This document shows, one piece after another, positions 1 to 9,805 of a DNA stretch of 64,000 bases (the first letter of the stretch is position 1; each line of letters starts with the position of its first letter). The position numbers were made by a program, and so were the translations under genes. The DNA lies in the sequence record SRR2962707_781; one strand, given 5' to 3'. The notes under the pieces are model-generated. The model did not search any database, was not told the origin of the DNA, and was given only the letters and a program-made list of their open reading frames with translations.

Positions 1-67
1 TTGGGCAAACTTTTCTAACTTATTTATCTTACTCAAGGTATTTCCAATTCAATCAAATAATCAAACA

Positions 68-595
68 ATGAAATCGAATATTCTCTTCTCCCTATTCATG
101 CTTTTTGTTCTTTCAATCTACGCTCAGGAAAATGAAGCTGATGTTGTAAAAGCAGTTGATGATCTAACGATCAATTGGGACACAGAAGCCGAGAAACTGC
201 AAACATATGAAGGTTTAGGCAGTTTTTGTGGCAATTCCATTTACAGAAAGAAAATAATTGGGATGCTGGATGAAATTCATCATTACGATACCCTGCTTTA
301 CGGAATTGTTACACGAAAATTTGAGAAGAATCAAGATCCGGAAGCTAAGGCCACTTTGGATGACATTGAAACGTTGGAGAGTGATTATACGACCAAATCC
401 TTCAGACGATTTATTCATCAGGAGTGCAATACTTACAATGAAATAGAAAATAACCTGGGAAGAGAAAAAGGATCAGAGTATAAGAAAGAGGTAAAAGCAC
501 TTGAAGATGAGTTGAAGAAGTATGTCATAGAAATTACCAAGCAAATTGACCTGATCGATGAACATATTCATCATTTACATTTAGGAGAAGACTAG
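68..595 (+). CDS. Secreted hypothetical protein, probably all-helical
   Basis: 175 aa ORF with an N-terminal signal peptide (MKSNILFSLFMLFVLSIYAQ) and a charged helical mature region; no family recognised. Confidence 0.75.
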   Translation: MKSNILFSLFMLFVLSIYAQENEADVVKAVDDLTINWDTEAEKLQTYEGLGSFCGNSIYRKKIIGMLDEIHHYDTLLYGIVTRKFEKNQDPEAKATLDDIETLESDYTTKSFRRFIHQECNTYNEIENNLGREKGSEYKKEVKALEDELKKYVIEITKQIDLIDEHIHHLHLGED

Positions 596-1809
596 AGATC
601 GTCAACCTCAGCTACAACAAAGGTGCTGCCTGTTATGAGAATCAAATCATGGGGTTGCGACTGTTCTTTTGCTGAGAGTATGGCTTCATTCACGTTTTTA
701 AAGCATTCTCCTTCTATTCCATTCATTATGCCTTGTATGGCCAATTCCTCAACAGGTAAAGCTCTGGGTACGGAAGATTGTGTCCAGTACTTCTTGCATT
801 CCTTTGGAAATAGTGAGAAAATGGGATTTAATGCCTTGTCCTTTACCGTCCCAAAAATTAGGTGAATCCTTCCTTGGCATATCTCCATCACTTGTTTCAG
901 TAAAATCCGCAACCCATCTACGTTATGGCTTACATCTGCGATAGTCAGCGGCTCTTCGCTCAAAACCTGAAATCTACCTTTCAAGCCGGTAAGGCTATTC
1001 ATTTCATTGAATCCCTGTTTTATGTGCTGGTCAGATATATGAAATCCTCTTGTAGATAATATTTCACATGCCGATACAATTCCCGGAATGTTAAGTTTAA
1101 GGTAGGTCGGAACCAACTCATCAAAATCCCAATCTATGGGTTTTGCATAGGTAATTGTAGTGTTAGCTTCATGTGCTCTTTGTTCAAATACTGATTGTGT
1201 TTCGGGAATAACTTCCCCGATTACTACCGGAACTCCTTCCTTTATTATTCCGGCTTTCTCTGCAGCTATTTTTTCAAGGGTATCCCCCAGCATATCCATG
1301 TGGTCATAACCGATATTTGTTATCAGTGAAAGCTGAGGCGTGATGACGTTCGTACTATCCAGCCTACCACCTAATCCGGTTTCTACCACGGCAATGTCAA
1401 CCTGCTCATGAACAAAATAATCAAAAGCCATGGCTACTGTGATTTCGAAAAAAGAAGGGTGAATCTCCTCTATCGCCGGTTTAATTCTGTCAACAAAATC
1501 TACAACAAAGGCCTCCGAGACCTCTTTTCCATTAATTCTGATGCGCTCAGTGAAATTCTTGAGATGGGGCGAAGTGTAAAGACCAACTTTGTAGCCAGCT
1601 ACCTGCAAAGCGGCAGCTATTCCATGTGCACTTGTTCCTTTTCCATTGGTTCCGGCAATATGTACACTCCTAAATTTTCTGTGAGGATTGTCAAGAAACT
1701 CCATGAGTCGGATGGTGTTTGTCAGGTCCTTTTTGTATGCCTGCTTTCCGACCCGTTGATACATTGGCAACTGAGTATATAAATACTCCAGCGTTTGTTC
1801 ATAGGTCAT
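592..1809 (-). CDS. folC: Bifunctional folylpolyglutamate/dihydrofolate synthase
   Basis: HIAGTNGKGT P-loop, YTSPHL, ETGLGGRLDSTN, DVSHN and C-terminal TGS motifs. Confidence 0.96.
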   Translation of the reverse strand: MTYEQTLEYLYTQLPMYQRVGKQAYKKDLTNTIRLMEFLDNPHRKFRSVHIAGTNGKGTSAHGIAAALQVAGYKVGLYTSPHLKNFTERIRINGKEVSEAFVVDFVDRIKPAIEEIHPSFFEITVAMAFDYFVHEQVDIAVVETGLGGRLDSTNVITPQLSLITNIGYDHMDMLGDTLEKIAAEKAGIIKEGVPVVIGEVIPETQSVFEQRAHEANTTITYAKPIDWDFDELVPTYLKLNIPGIVSACEILSTRGFHISDQHIKQGFNEMNSLTGLKGRFQVLSEEPLTIADVSHNVDGLRILLKQVMEICQGRIHLIFGTVKDKALNPIFSLFPKECKKYWTQSSVPRALPVEELAIQGIMNGIEGECFKNVNEAILSAKEQSQPHDLILITGSTFVVAEVDDL

Positions 1810-2609
1810 TCAGATTTTATGATAAAAGTGATGGTTCCAGGAGTTGTTGGTGAAGCCTGATATTCTGAATTCTTTTCAACAACAATTTTGCTCACTGCCG
1901 TATAATACTTTTGGGTAACTAAAGGAGAAACTGTAGTCAATTTTGTCTTGATTCCTATGACATATCCATCTTGATCAACGACTATGTCAAAAACAATCTT
2001 GCCGACTTCTCCTGATAAATCATTAGCGTCTGGAACTGAAACTAAATTCCAACCAGCCATTACCAATTTAGGGCCTTCCGACGCGCCAGATGTGTTGCCA
2101 TGACTACCCTGAATACCTCTCTGATCAATTTTATTCTTCTCCTCTCCTTTGGATGGGTTTTCTGATGTTTCGTCAGACTCGGTTTCGGAAGGTTTCATCA
2201 CAGCTCGGGCCTCTAACTCTTCTTTTACTTCTTCTACCGGTTTTTTGGTCTCCGTCTTTGTTTCTTCCACCTGCACAGGAGATTCGACTTGCGAAGGTGT
2301 AATAGGCCGCTCATCCACGACATTTTCCTCGCTCGATTCGACTGCCGGTTCTTCTGCCTGATTAGATTCCTCTACATCATCAGTAGGTTCCTCTGTATCC
2401 GGGGCGGTCTGTGACGGAGTTGAGGTGCTTGGAGCTCCGGCGGAGGTAGTAAAACCTAATTCAATTCCATATTCCGGAATCGGGGGAAAAGGCTCTTTCC
2501 ACGCCACAATAAAGTAGAATAGAACAAGAAGCACAAGCTGTACACCTAAAGATGTCAGCCACCCTATGCGCTTATTTTTTTCTTCTTGTTTTTCTCTTTC
2601 GTCCATCAC
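1806..2609 (-). CDS. TonB/TolA-like energy transducer
   Basis: Single N-terminal TM, Pro/Glu-rich linker, C-terminal TonB_C-like region (GKIVFDIVVDQDGYVI ... GTITFII); follows exbB/exbD. Confidence 0.85.
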   Translation of the reverse strand: MMDEREKQEEKNKRIGWLTSLGVQLVLLVLFYFIVAWKEPFPPIPEYGIELGFTTSAGAPSTSTPSQTAPDTEEPTDDVEESNQAEEPAVESSEENVVDERPITPSQVESPVQVEETKTETKKPVEEVKEELEARAVMKPSETESDETSENPSKGEEKNKIDQRGIQGSHGNTSGASEGPKLVMAGWNLVSVPDANDLSGEVGKIVFDIVVDQDGYVIGIKTKLTTVSPLVTQKYYTAVSKIVVEKNSEYQASPTTPGTITFIIKSE

Positions 2610-2995
2610 TCGGGTTTCGTTGCTATCGAAACTTTTACTTTCAATGAAGTCGCAATTCCAGCTACTTCCACTAAACGCTCCACAGGCACTGAAGCATCAC
2701 AATGGAGCACCACAATGCCTTCTTTTCCACTTAGATTTGTTCTTAGAACAGATTCTAAAGTAGAACGATTCACTCGCTTATTATTTACAAAATAGCTCAG
2801 GTCCTTCGTGATCGTTACGCTCACCTTTTGCATCACGATCTCTGAAGACTTTGAAGAAGGTAAGTTGACCGGCAAACCAGAGGGTGTAATGAATGATGCT
2901 GTAAGCATGAAGAAGATCAACAACAGGAATATGATATCCGTCATTGATGACATGCTAAAGCTCGCATTCACCTTATGTTTTGATTTCAAATCCAT
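2606..2995 (-). CDS. exbD: Biopolymer transport protein ExbD/TolR
   Basis: SMTDIIFLLLIFFMLT TM motif with the conserved Asp, followed by VNLPSS. Confidence 0.92.
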   Translation of the reverse strand: MDLKSKHKVNASFSMSSMTDIIFLLLIFFMLTASFITPSGLPVNLPSSKSSEIVMQKVSVTITKDLSYFVNNKRVNRSTLESVLRTNLSGKEGIVVLHCDASVPVERLVEVAGIATSLKVKVSIATKPE

Positions 2996-3085
2996 ACTGA
3001 ACTCAAGTTTACATTTCCAGTGTGACTGATGAGAAAATTCATAGTTGGAAAAATTCTTTTCTCAATAAATAATGGCCATTATGGC

Positions 3086-3760
3086 CTACTTTTTTGGTTC
3101 TTGTAGCAGGTCAATAAAGTCTATAACGTTAGACTCCATCGTATGGATCACTTTTCCAACCTTGGAGACAAGGTAATTATATCCCAGGTATGCCAGGATT
3201 CCCACAAACAACCCGGCCGCAGTGGTAATCATCGCTTCATAGATCCCTGATGATAGCAATTTAGGACTCACAGCTCCTTCTTCCTGTGCAATGGCAATGA
3301 AGGCCTGTATCATGCCTGTCACCGTACCAAGAAAGCCAATCATTGGCGCTGCACCGGAAATGGTTGCCAGTAAATTCAAGTTCTTTTCCAATCGATAAAT
3401 TTCCAGCTTACCTACATTCTCAATGCTGACTTCAATGTTTTTAAGCGGATTGCCAATACGCGTAATTCCCTTTTCAATCATGCGCGCCACGGGTGTATCC
3501 GTTTTTCCACAAAGCATTAACGCCCCATTAATATCACCCGCAATAACCATTGATCTGATTTGGTCTTTGAAGGATTCCGGGGTTTTGGAAGCGGAATTTA
3601 ATGTTCTGGTTCGTTCCACGAAAATGTAAATCGCCACCATCCAAAGCAACAAAATGGGGATCATCATGTATCCACCATTTGTTAGTAATTCCAATAAGGA
3701 AATTGTTTCTTCTGACTCCAGACCCTCGACTACAGGGTCTTGCATAACACTAATAAGCAT
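3086..3760 (-). CDS. exbB: MotA/TolQ/ExbB proton channel protein
   Basis: APMIGFLGTVTGMI and GIYEAMITTAAGL motifs. Confidence 0.92.
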   Translation of the reverse strand: MLISVMQDPVVEGLESEETISLLELLTNGGYMMIPILLLWMVAIYIFVERTRTLNSASKTPESFKDQIRSMVIAGDINGALMLCGKTDTPVARMIEKGITRIGNPLKNIEVSIENVGKLEIYRLEKNLNLLATISGAAPMIGFLGTVTGMIQAFIAIAQEEGAVSPKLLSSGIYEAMITTAAGLFVGILAYLGYNYLVSKVGKVIHTMESNVIDFIDLLQEPKK

Positions 3761-3838
3761 ATGTTCTCTTTATCTTGGTTTTAATGGACAGCATGCTATC
3801 CAAACAGACTGAACGTATTAACTGAAGGAATAGTGCTT

Positions 3839-5095
3839 TTAGTATCTCAAGATCCAAATATCCTGGCCATACTCCGGCTTCAACCCATCAATCGAATTCT
3901 GTGCCTCAGAAAGCGTGCCATAACCAGAAATAGCAACGCGGTGTGTAATGGCATTTCCAAATGGTGGAATTATCGATGGACTTTTACCCGCATTTGATAG
4001 TTTGGTTGCGAAATCCATTGCCATATCCTCATCCAGAAAACTACCCACTATGATGTAAAAATTACCAGTACGGGCACTCAGTGAATTCACAGTACCCGGA
4101 GTAGCTGTAACTTTCTTAGGTTGAGTTTTCGCTGGTTGCTTCTTAACAGGTGTCGATTTTGGTTGATTATTAGTTGGTTTGGTTGTATTTGGTGAAGATG
4201 TAGCAGCCGTCTCATCAGCATTTTCTGATTCAACGGGCTTTGTTTCTTCTTCTGAAGGCTTCTCTTCTTCTACGGGTTTCTTAGCTGGTGGACGTGTGGT
4301 CTTCTCAGCTACGGCCTTTTCCCCATCACTGCTATCACTATTTAACAGTCCTAGTTGCCAAAAGGTAGCTCCTAGCCCGGCAAAGATAACGATACCGATG
4401 ATCACCACTTTTGCGAATTTTCCTTTGCTTTTGGTTTCACCAGCACCACCAGGGTCAGAGTCAAAAGTTTGCATATCTGCCATACTCTCTTCCTCTGAGT
4501 CCATTAGCTCTTTCTCAAACTGAGCAAACTCATCTTCGTCCAAGACATCACTATCCAGTTCATCACTATCGAAAACAGAATCTCCCATATCGTCACTATC
4601 ATCTCCTCCAAAGTCTTCATCTGATGCCTCAAAATCATCAAATGACTCTTCTTCATAAAACTCATCCATGGCTTCCTCTTCCTTGCTCTCGTCAGCACTA
4701 GCTGATGTGTCATCAAAATCATCTGTCGAATCGCCTAGATCATCTTCTTCACCAAAAGAAGCTTCTAATTCATCATCAGAGACCTGATCCGGGATATCTT
4801 CATCCGATATGTCTTCTATGTCTTCCATATCGTCAGACATATCATCACTGTCAAAATCATCACTTCCAAAGACAGAATCATCAGTTTCCTCTGAATCATC
4901 ATCAGAAGCATCTGCAACAGGTTCTTCAGCTACCTGTTCTTCCTCCTGAGGTTCTTCGGCAGCAGGTTCTTCCTCATCTGCAGAATCATCGTCATCGTCT
5001 AAAGCCTCGTAATCAAGCTCCGGAAGACCGAAATCATCGTCATCGCCGAAAAAATCGTCCTGTTCTTTGTCTTTGTTCTTGTCGTCGTTAGCCAT
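3839..5095 (-). CDS. SPOR-domain membrane protein with a very long acidic N-terminal region
   Basis: About 215 aa of D/E-rich low-complexity sequence, one TM (VVIIGIVIFAGLGATF), a P/K/T linker, and a C-terminal SPOR domain (FYIIVGSF...HRVAIS...YGQDIWILRY). Confidence 0.85.
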   Translation of the reverse strand: MANDDKNKDKEQDDFFGDDDDFGLPELDYEALDDDDDSADEEEPAAEEPQEEEQVAEEPVADASDDDSEETDDSVFGSDDFDSDDMSDDMEDIEDISDEDIPDQVSDDELEASFGEEDDLGDSTDDFDDTSASADESKEEEAMDEFYEEESFDDFEASDEDFGGDDSDDMGDSVFDSDELDSDVLDEDEFAQFEKELMDSEEESMADMQTFDSDPGGAGETKSKGKFAKVVIIGIVIFAGLGATFWQLGLLNSDSSDGEKAVAEKTTRPPAKKPVEEEKPSEEETKPVESENADETAATSSPNTTKPTNNQPKSTPVKKQPAKTQPKKVTATPGTVNSLSARTGNFYIIVGSFLDEDMAMDFATKLSNAGKSPSIIPPFGNAITHRVAISGYGTLSEAQNSIDGLKPEYGQDIWILRY

Positions 5096-5155
5096 AGGTA
5101 TGTTTTATTGACCGAACCAAGATAAAATAAAATTCATTATTAGGAAATATTAGTG

Positions 5156-6817
5156 TCAGAAACGGTACTGTCCACCAATTTTGAAAGCGAGTCCTCGGAT
5201 CGGGTACCCCAAATATCGTTCGTATTCATTATTAAGCAAATTATTTACGTCAATGAATGCAGAAGCCCTTGATGTTATCAGGTATTTAGCTCCGATACTC
5301 ACATCGGTAAAGCCTGACAATTTCACATATCCAAAGTCCACATCGGCTGGTGCTCGAATGCCTCCAACGCTGGTCAGGTAGGCTGAAACAATCAATTTCT
5401 CCTTAATGTTATGGCTGGTATATGCTTTAAATATATAAGTTGGCTTATGCCACGGTTTGTCCAAAGACTCCACTGAATACCCGTTTAATTCCAGACTCGC
5501 ACCATACGTGCTGGTTGCAGTAGGCATAAAAGACAGGTTCGTATTCAGACTAATCACATTTACGGTCTCGGTATCATAGGTTAGCGTAAATCGAGCTGAG
5601 TCCGTTGAAGATGGAATAAAGAATGGAAGGCCTTTGAAGCCTGAGTGCGTCAGGGAGGCTTCCAGAAGCATATTTTTAAGTGGTGAACCTTTTATTCCAC
5701 CCCCGAAGCTAAATGTATTTTCAGTGTGAGTTATCGCCAGCGAGTCATCCAAAAATTCATTTTGATCTAACAATTCTCTTAAACCATTCCACTGCTGACC
5801 GCCTGAAATCAAACCAAAAGCAGTCCATTTTTCCGTGAGACTATATTCCACTTTTACTTTTGGATAAAAACCTGTTTCTGAATCAGCATCCACTTTCCCG
5901 GATGAGACGACAAAGCCGGCTGTAATGGATAAATTATCCTTTCGGTGTGTGACCCACGGGTTTAAATTGATTAATGATCGATTATAAGTAAGACCGCCAT
6001 CATACTTCGCAAACTGGCCATCAATCTCAAATCCCGTTGTAAAAGCATCACTTATATTGTAGCTGAGCTGTCCACTGGCCCCAGTGTTCACTTCACTGTT
6101 TTCATCGTCAGAGGGGTTGATTGACTGAATGCTGGAACTTACAAAAGGTGTCAAATTCACCTCAATATCATCCCCTTTCTCCCATCGGACGCCCACACTG
6201 GTATATAGATTCTGGAATGCACTTTCATCTGCTTCTGCATCGGAGAAACCAGTATTGATTCGATTGGTGTTTCCATAAAAATGATACTTACGCTGGCTAA
6301 ATGAAACCACCGGTGTTATGGAAAATTCATTCTTTTTATGCGTGGCGGAAACATCTAGGCCTGCCAGTGAATTACCGCTATTTTCCTCATTCACCGGTCC
6401 GGTTTTGAATCGTTCGTAAAAGAGCTTTGTTCTGCTATCCCAGGACCCTAATGTTTGAAAAAGTCCCGCCTCAAATAGAGGAGAATTGAAATTACCATAT
6501 CCGAGCTTTACGTAGTTCTGATATTCTGCCAAAGGGTACGGCTCACTCACAAACTGAAAAGGAACATCAGACTTGTAATCAGGCCATTTAAAGTCGGGTT
6601 CACTAATCTCGAATTTCACGTTGATTGGCTCATTGGTAAAGGACATTGGAGTGCTTCTGACAAAAACCTTGTCTGCCTGAGGAAGCCTAATCTTCTTGTC
6701 TTTTTCAACCACAACCTCCCCGGTTAGAATCTCACCTTGTTTATTGCTCGTGCTATCATTCTGAGCATGTACTTGACCAAATATCCCGGTTAATATGAAT
6801 ACAATTATTATTCTCAT
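5156..6817 (-). CDS. Outer-membrane beta-barrel protein (TonB-dependent-receptor-like, Bacteroidota conserved)
   Basis: Start reassigned to ATG 6817, which gives a signal peptide (MRIIIVFILTGIFGQVHAQ); amphipathic strands; C-terminal NNLLN...GGQYRF beta-signal ending in Phe. Confidence 0.8.
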   Translation of the reverse strand: MRIIIVFILTGIFGQVHAQNDSTSNKQGEILTGEVVVEKDKKIRLPQADKVFVRSTPMSFTNEPINVKFEISEPDFKWPDYKSDVPFQFVSEPYPLAEYQNYVKLGYGNFNSPLFEAGLFQTLGSWDSRTKLFYERFKTGPVNEENSGNSLAGLDVSATHKKNEFSITPVVSFSQRKYHFYGNTNRINTGFSDAEADESAFQNLYTSVGVRWEKGDDIEVNLTPFVSSSIQSINPSDDENSEVNTGASGQLSYNISDAFTTGFEIDGQFAKYDGGLTYNRSLINLNPWVTHRKDNLSITAGFVVSSGKVDADSETGFYPKVKVEYSLTEKWTAFGLISGGQQWNGLRELLDQNEFLDDSLAITHTENTFSFGGGIKGSPLKNMLLEASLTHSGFKGLPFFIPSSTDSARFTLTYDTETVNVISLNTNLSFMPTATSTYGASLELNGYSVESLDKPWHKPTYIFKAYTSHNIKEKLIVSAYLTSVGGIRAPADVDFGYVKLSGFTDVSIGAKYLITSRASAFIDVNNLLNNEYERYLGYPIRGLAFKIGGQYRF

Positions 6818-6818
6818 C

Positions 6819-9776
6819 CTATCCTTTACTTTGAGTGGTGTCATCAACATTTGAAGATTGCTCAATCTGATTAAGCAATGTTTTGGCGTCTGATTTAACT
6901 TCCTCAAGCTTAGCATGTTGAATGATGGATCTTAAAGTTGCTTTGGCTTGAAATAATTCGTCCATTTCAATGTAGTTCTTAGCTATCAGCAGATAAGATC
7001 TATCGACCCAGTCCTGATAGCTTCCATAATTAGTATTCAAATTGAACAATGTGTTGAGTGATTGCTCGTGTTCATTGTTTTGAAAAGACATCAGACCGAG
7101 AAGGTAGTTGGCTTCTGCCCCGTATATGTCCTTGTTGGTAGTAAGCTTTTTAAGTTCATTCGTTGCTTCATTCTGATTATCCAATTTAAGATAGCTCTTG
7201 GCTTTGATCATTATGGCTTCCTGATCTCCATTGAGAGGTTTCCATTCAGCATTTACAATTTCATTTGCAACTGCAATGGCTTCATTGAAGCTGTCAGATT
7301 CAAAATGAAGCATCATCAACCCCTGACGAGCATTATAAGTGTCTTTTGAAGTTAGATTCAAATCTTTGAGAAGAAGATAGGCTTCCTTTGCTTCCTGAGT
7401 GTTTCCAAGCCGGCGATTGATGTCGCCCAGCCTGTATAAAATACGTCCGGTAAGGTTGTTTCTGACATATTTTAAGTCATCAAAGACTTCTTTTGAGTCT
7501 TTTAGCTCATCAATTCTGTAATAGGAATCAGCTAAGTAATACCTGGCCTCTATTTGATTATTGCTTGTGGGGTAGTCTTTTAAATATTTTTTGAATGAAG
7601 CAGCAGCTTCCGCATAAGCAAAATCGAAATATTGTCGCTTAGCAGCCTCAAATTCAATGAGTTCAAGGCTACCACTTTCCGGGTTAGCTTTTTTATAATC
7701 AGTTATGTACTTGTCCAGGTTATTAATTTGTGCTCCGGCTTGTTGCAATTCCTGAAGTCCCAGAATTGCATTAAGTGCAAATTCTGAGGTAACATACTTT
7801 TCAAGGATATTTGCATAATCTGAAGCAGACTCGTCCATCTTACCCAGATTTTTTCTGGCAATCCCCCTGTTGAGCAAGGCTTCCGGTACAAATTCAGAAT
7901 CGGGATACTTTTCAATGACTTGTGTGAAGTAGGTCTGTGCTTCCTTAAAGTGTGCTGCCTCAAAATGGATCATTCCCGCTTCAAATCGAGCAGCTGCCCC
8001 ATACCTGGGTGAGTCAAATACCTTTCGGAAAGACTGAATGGCCTCATCTGTTTTCCCCAGATTCCTTCGGGTTTTTCCCAATTGAAATTCTATGTAGGGA
8101 GAACTGTTTTTTAAGCTGATTTGATTGTATAGAGATTGGGCTTCATTATAGGATTTTGTAGCATAAAGACAGTCAGCAAGCCTTACATGCGCATCTAATT
8201 TCATTGTAACATCTATGGTGTTACTTGCTTTTCTAAAGTGAGGTAATGCCCGGTCGTATTTCTGCTGGTTGTATAAAGCATACCCAATACCATAATCCGA
8301 AATCGGATCTATTTGTGTTTGACTCTGATAGTTTTCCAGTGCCAAACCGTAATCACCCGCCCTCATGGCAATTTCCCCTAAATGAAAGTACGCCTGATCT
8401 TTTATTGCCGAACTGGGAGTGTATTTAAGGCTTTCACGAAACCATTTTTTTGCTTCGACTAAATAGCCATCATTAAACATGAGTACAGCCTTCTGAAATG
8501 TCACTTTTTGGTAAACACCTTTTTGTGTGCTGTTTGACACACCAGCAGACTGGAGGTGATTGATTGCCAGATCGTAGTTAGAGGTTCTCAGATATGATTC
8601 GGCTATCAAATTCTTGATTTCCTCTGCCCTGCTCCCATCCTTAAACTTTTCCAGGTAATCAGTAGAGTAATTAATTGCCTCAGCGTAGTTACCAAGCTTG
8701 GCATTTATTTGGGCTGCATGATAATAAGCCTCTTCCTTGATAATCTTGTCATCGGATGCGGAAGCTTCTATGTACGCGAAAAGAGCCTTTTCGAATACTT
8801 GCTTTTTCAAATAGAGTCTTCCAAGCTGAAATGCACTGAGCTGGGCATACTCTCCTCCTTGAATTCCAGCTTCGGTTAAGTATTCAATCGCTTGGTCCTC
8901 ATTCCCGATTTTGAATTTGGAAACCCCTGCCTGATAATAAAGTGCAGCTGTGGGTCTTCCGGGATGTAACTCAATTGCCCGTTCGAAATAGGCATCAGCT
9001 TTTGCTACATTATTTTTTAATGCAAATGCCTCTCCAATCAGCTGATAGAAACCTGAGTTCGTGATTGTTTTTTCGTCGGAAAGTTCACCCTGAGCTAAAG
9101 CAATAACTTCGTCAACCTGGTTATCCTCAAGTTGAATTTTAGCAATGAAAAACTTCGAAGAGGTCCCAAACTCTTCACTGTTCTTTACTTTTTCAAAACC
9201 GGACAATGCGGCTTTGTGATCTCCAAGATGATAATTCGCAAAAGCCTCATAATAGTCTAACCTATTCGTTTCTGAGAATCCGTTCCTCCGTGAGAATTGG
9301 AATAGACTTTTTGCATTTCCATAATAATCATCATCCAATTGCAATACTCCGTAAATGAAACCATAGGAGGCTTGGTCATGAGTGCTTAAGTCATTGGGCG
9401 ATACAGAAGCCAGGTATACTTTGCTTTTAGTAGTATCCCGGGAATAGAAATAAAACTCGCCAAGATGATAAGAGGCAAGTGGCTTTATCGGATGTTTATC
9501 ATTTCTCTCCAACCACTTTTCCACTTTGGATGCGTCCCTTTTGCCGGTCTTCATTTCACTTAATAAGAGTAAAATTTCCTCATCTTGAGAACGCGATGCA
9601 GTATTTTTAAGATCACCAATTACACTTTCGTACTTTCTTGCCTGGAAGCTTTCAAACGCTACCATTTCCGAAAAATCTGTACTTTTCGTAGAGTTCTGAG
9701 CGTGGAGCGCCGAAGCTATTACTACGAACGAAATAAAAAATAATTTTCTCAATGCTAAACAGTTTTTGACCATCAA
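6819..9776 (-). CDS. Large periplasmic tetratricopeptide-repeat protein
   Basis: Signal peptide followed by many TPR motifs (e.g. ALLNRGIARKNLG, ARYYLADSYY). Confidence 0.88.
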   Translation of the reverse strand: MMVKNCLALRKLFFISFVVIASALHAQNSTKSTDFSEMVAFESFQARKYESVIGDLKNTASRSQDEEILLLLSEMKTGKRDASKVEKWLERNDKHPIKPLASYHLGEFYFYSRDTTKSKVYLASVSPNDLSTHDQASYGFIYGVLQLDDDYYGNAKSLFQFSRRNGFSETNRLDYYEAFANYHLGDHKAALSGFEKVKNSEEFGTSSKFFIAKIQLEDNQVDEVIALAQGELSDEKTITNSGFYQLIGEAFALKNNVAKADAYFERAIELHPGRPTAALYYQAGVSKFKIGNEDQAIEYLTEAGIQGGEYAQLSAFQLGRLYLKKQVFEKALFAYIEASASDDKIIKEEAYYHAAQINAKLGNYAEAINYSTDYLEKFKDGSRAEEIKNLIAESYLRTSNYDLAINHLQSAGVSNSTQKGVYQKVTFQKAVLMFNDGYLVEAKKWFRESLKYTPSSAIKDQAYFHLGEIAMRAGDYGLALENYQSQTQIDPISDYGIGYALYNQQKYDRALPHFRKASNTIDVTMKLDAHVRLADCLYATKSYNEAQSLYNQISLKNSSPYIEFQLGKTRRNLGKTDEAIQSFRKVFDSPRYGAAARFEAGMIHFEAAHFKEAQTYFTQVIEKYPDSEFVPEALLNRGIARKNLGKMDESASDYANILEKYVTSEFALNAILGLQELQQAGAQINNLDKYITDYKKANPESGSLELIEFEAAKRQYFDFAYAEAAASFKKYLKDYPTSNNQIEARYYLADSYYRIDELKDSKEVFDDLKYVRNNLTGRILYRLGDINRRLGNTQEAKEAYLLLKDLNLTSKDTYNARQGLMMLHFESDSFNEAIAVANEIVNAEWKPLNGDQEAIMIKAKSYLKLDNQNEATNELKKLTTNKDIYGAEANYLLGLMSFQNNEHEQSLNTLFNLNTNYGSYQDWVDRSYLLIAKNYIEMDELFQAKATLRSIIQHAKLEEVKSDAKTLLNQIEQSSNVDDTTQSKG

Positions 9777-9805
9777 TTGGAACGAAATTTTGGCTTCAAA
9801 TTGTA

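Noticed and set aside
3074..3086. GGCCATTATGGCC, identical to an SfiI cloning-adaptor site
   Set aside because: No further adaptor sequence flanks it and the exbB-exbD context is intact; likely a chance or natural small palindrome
4179..5091. His/Gln-rich and Ser-rich ORFs on the strand opposite the SPOR gene
   Set aside because: Shadow frames produced by the D/E-rich codons of the real gene; the same applies to most short antisense ORFs in the track
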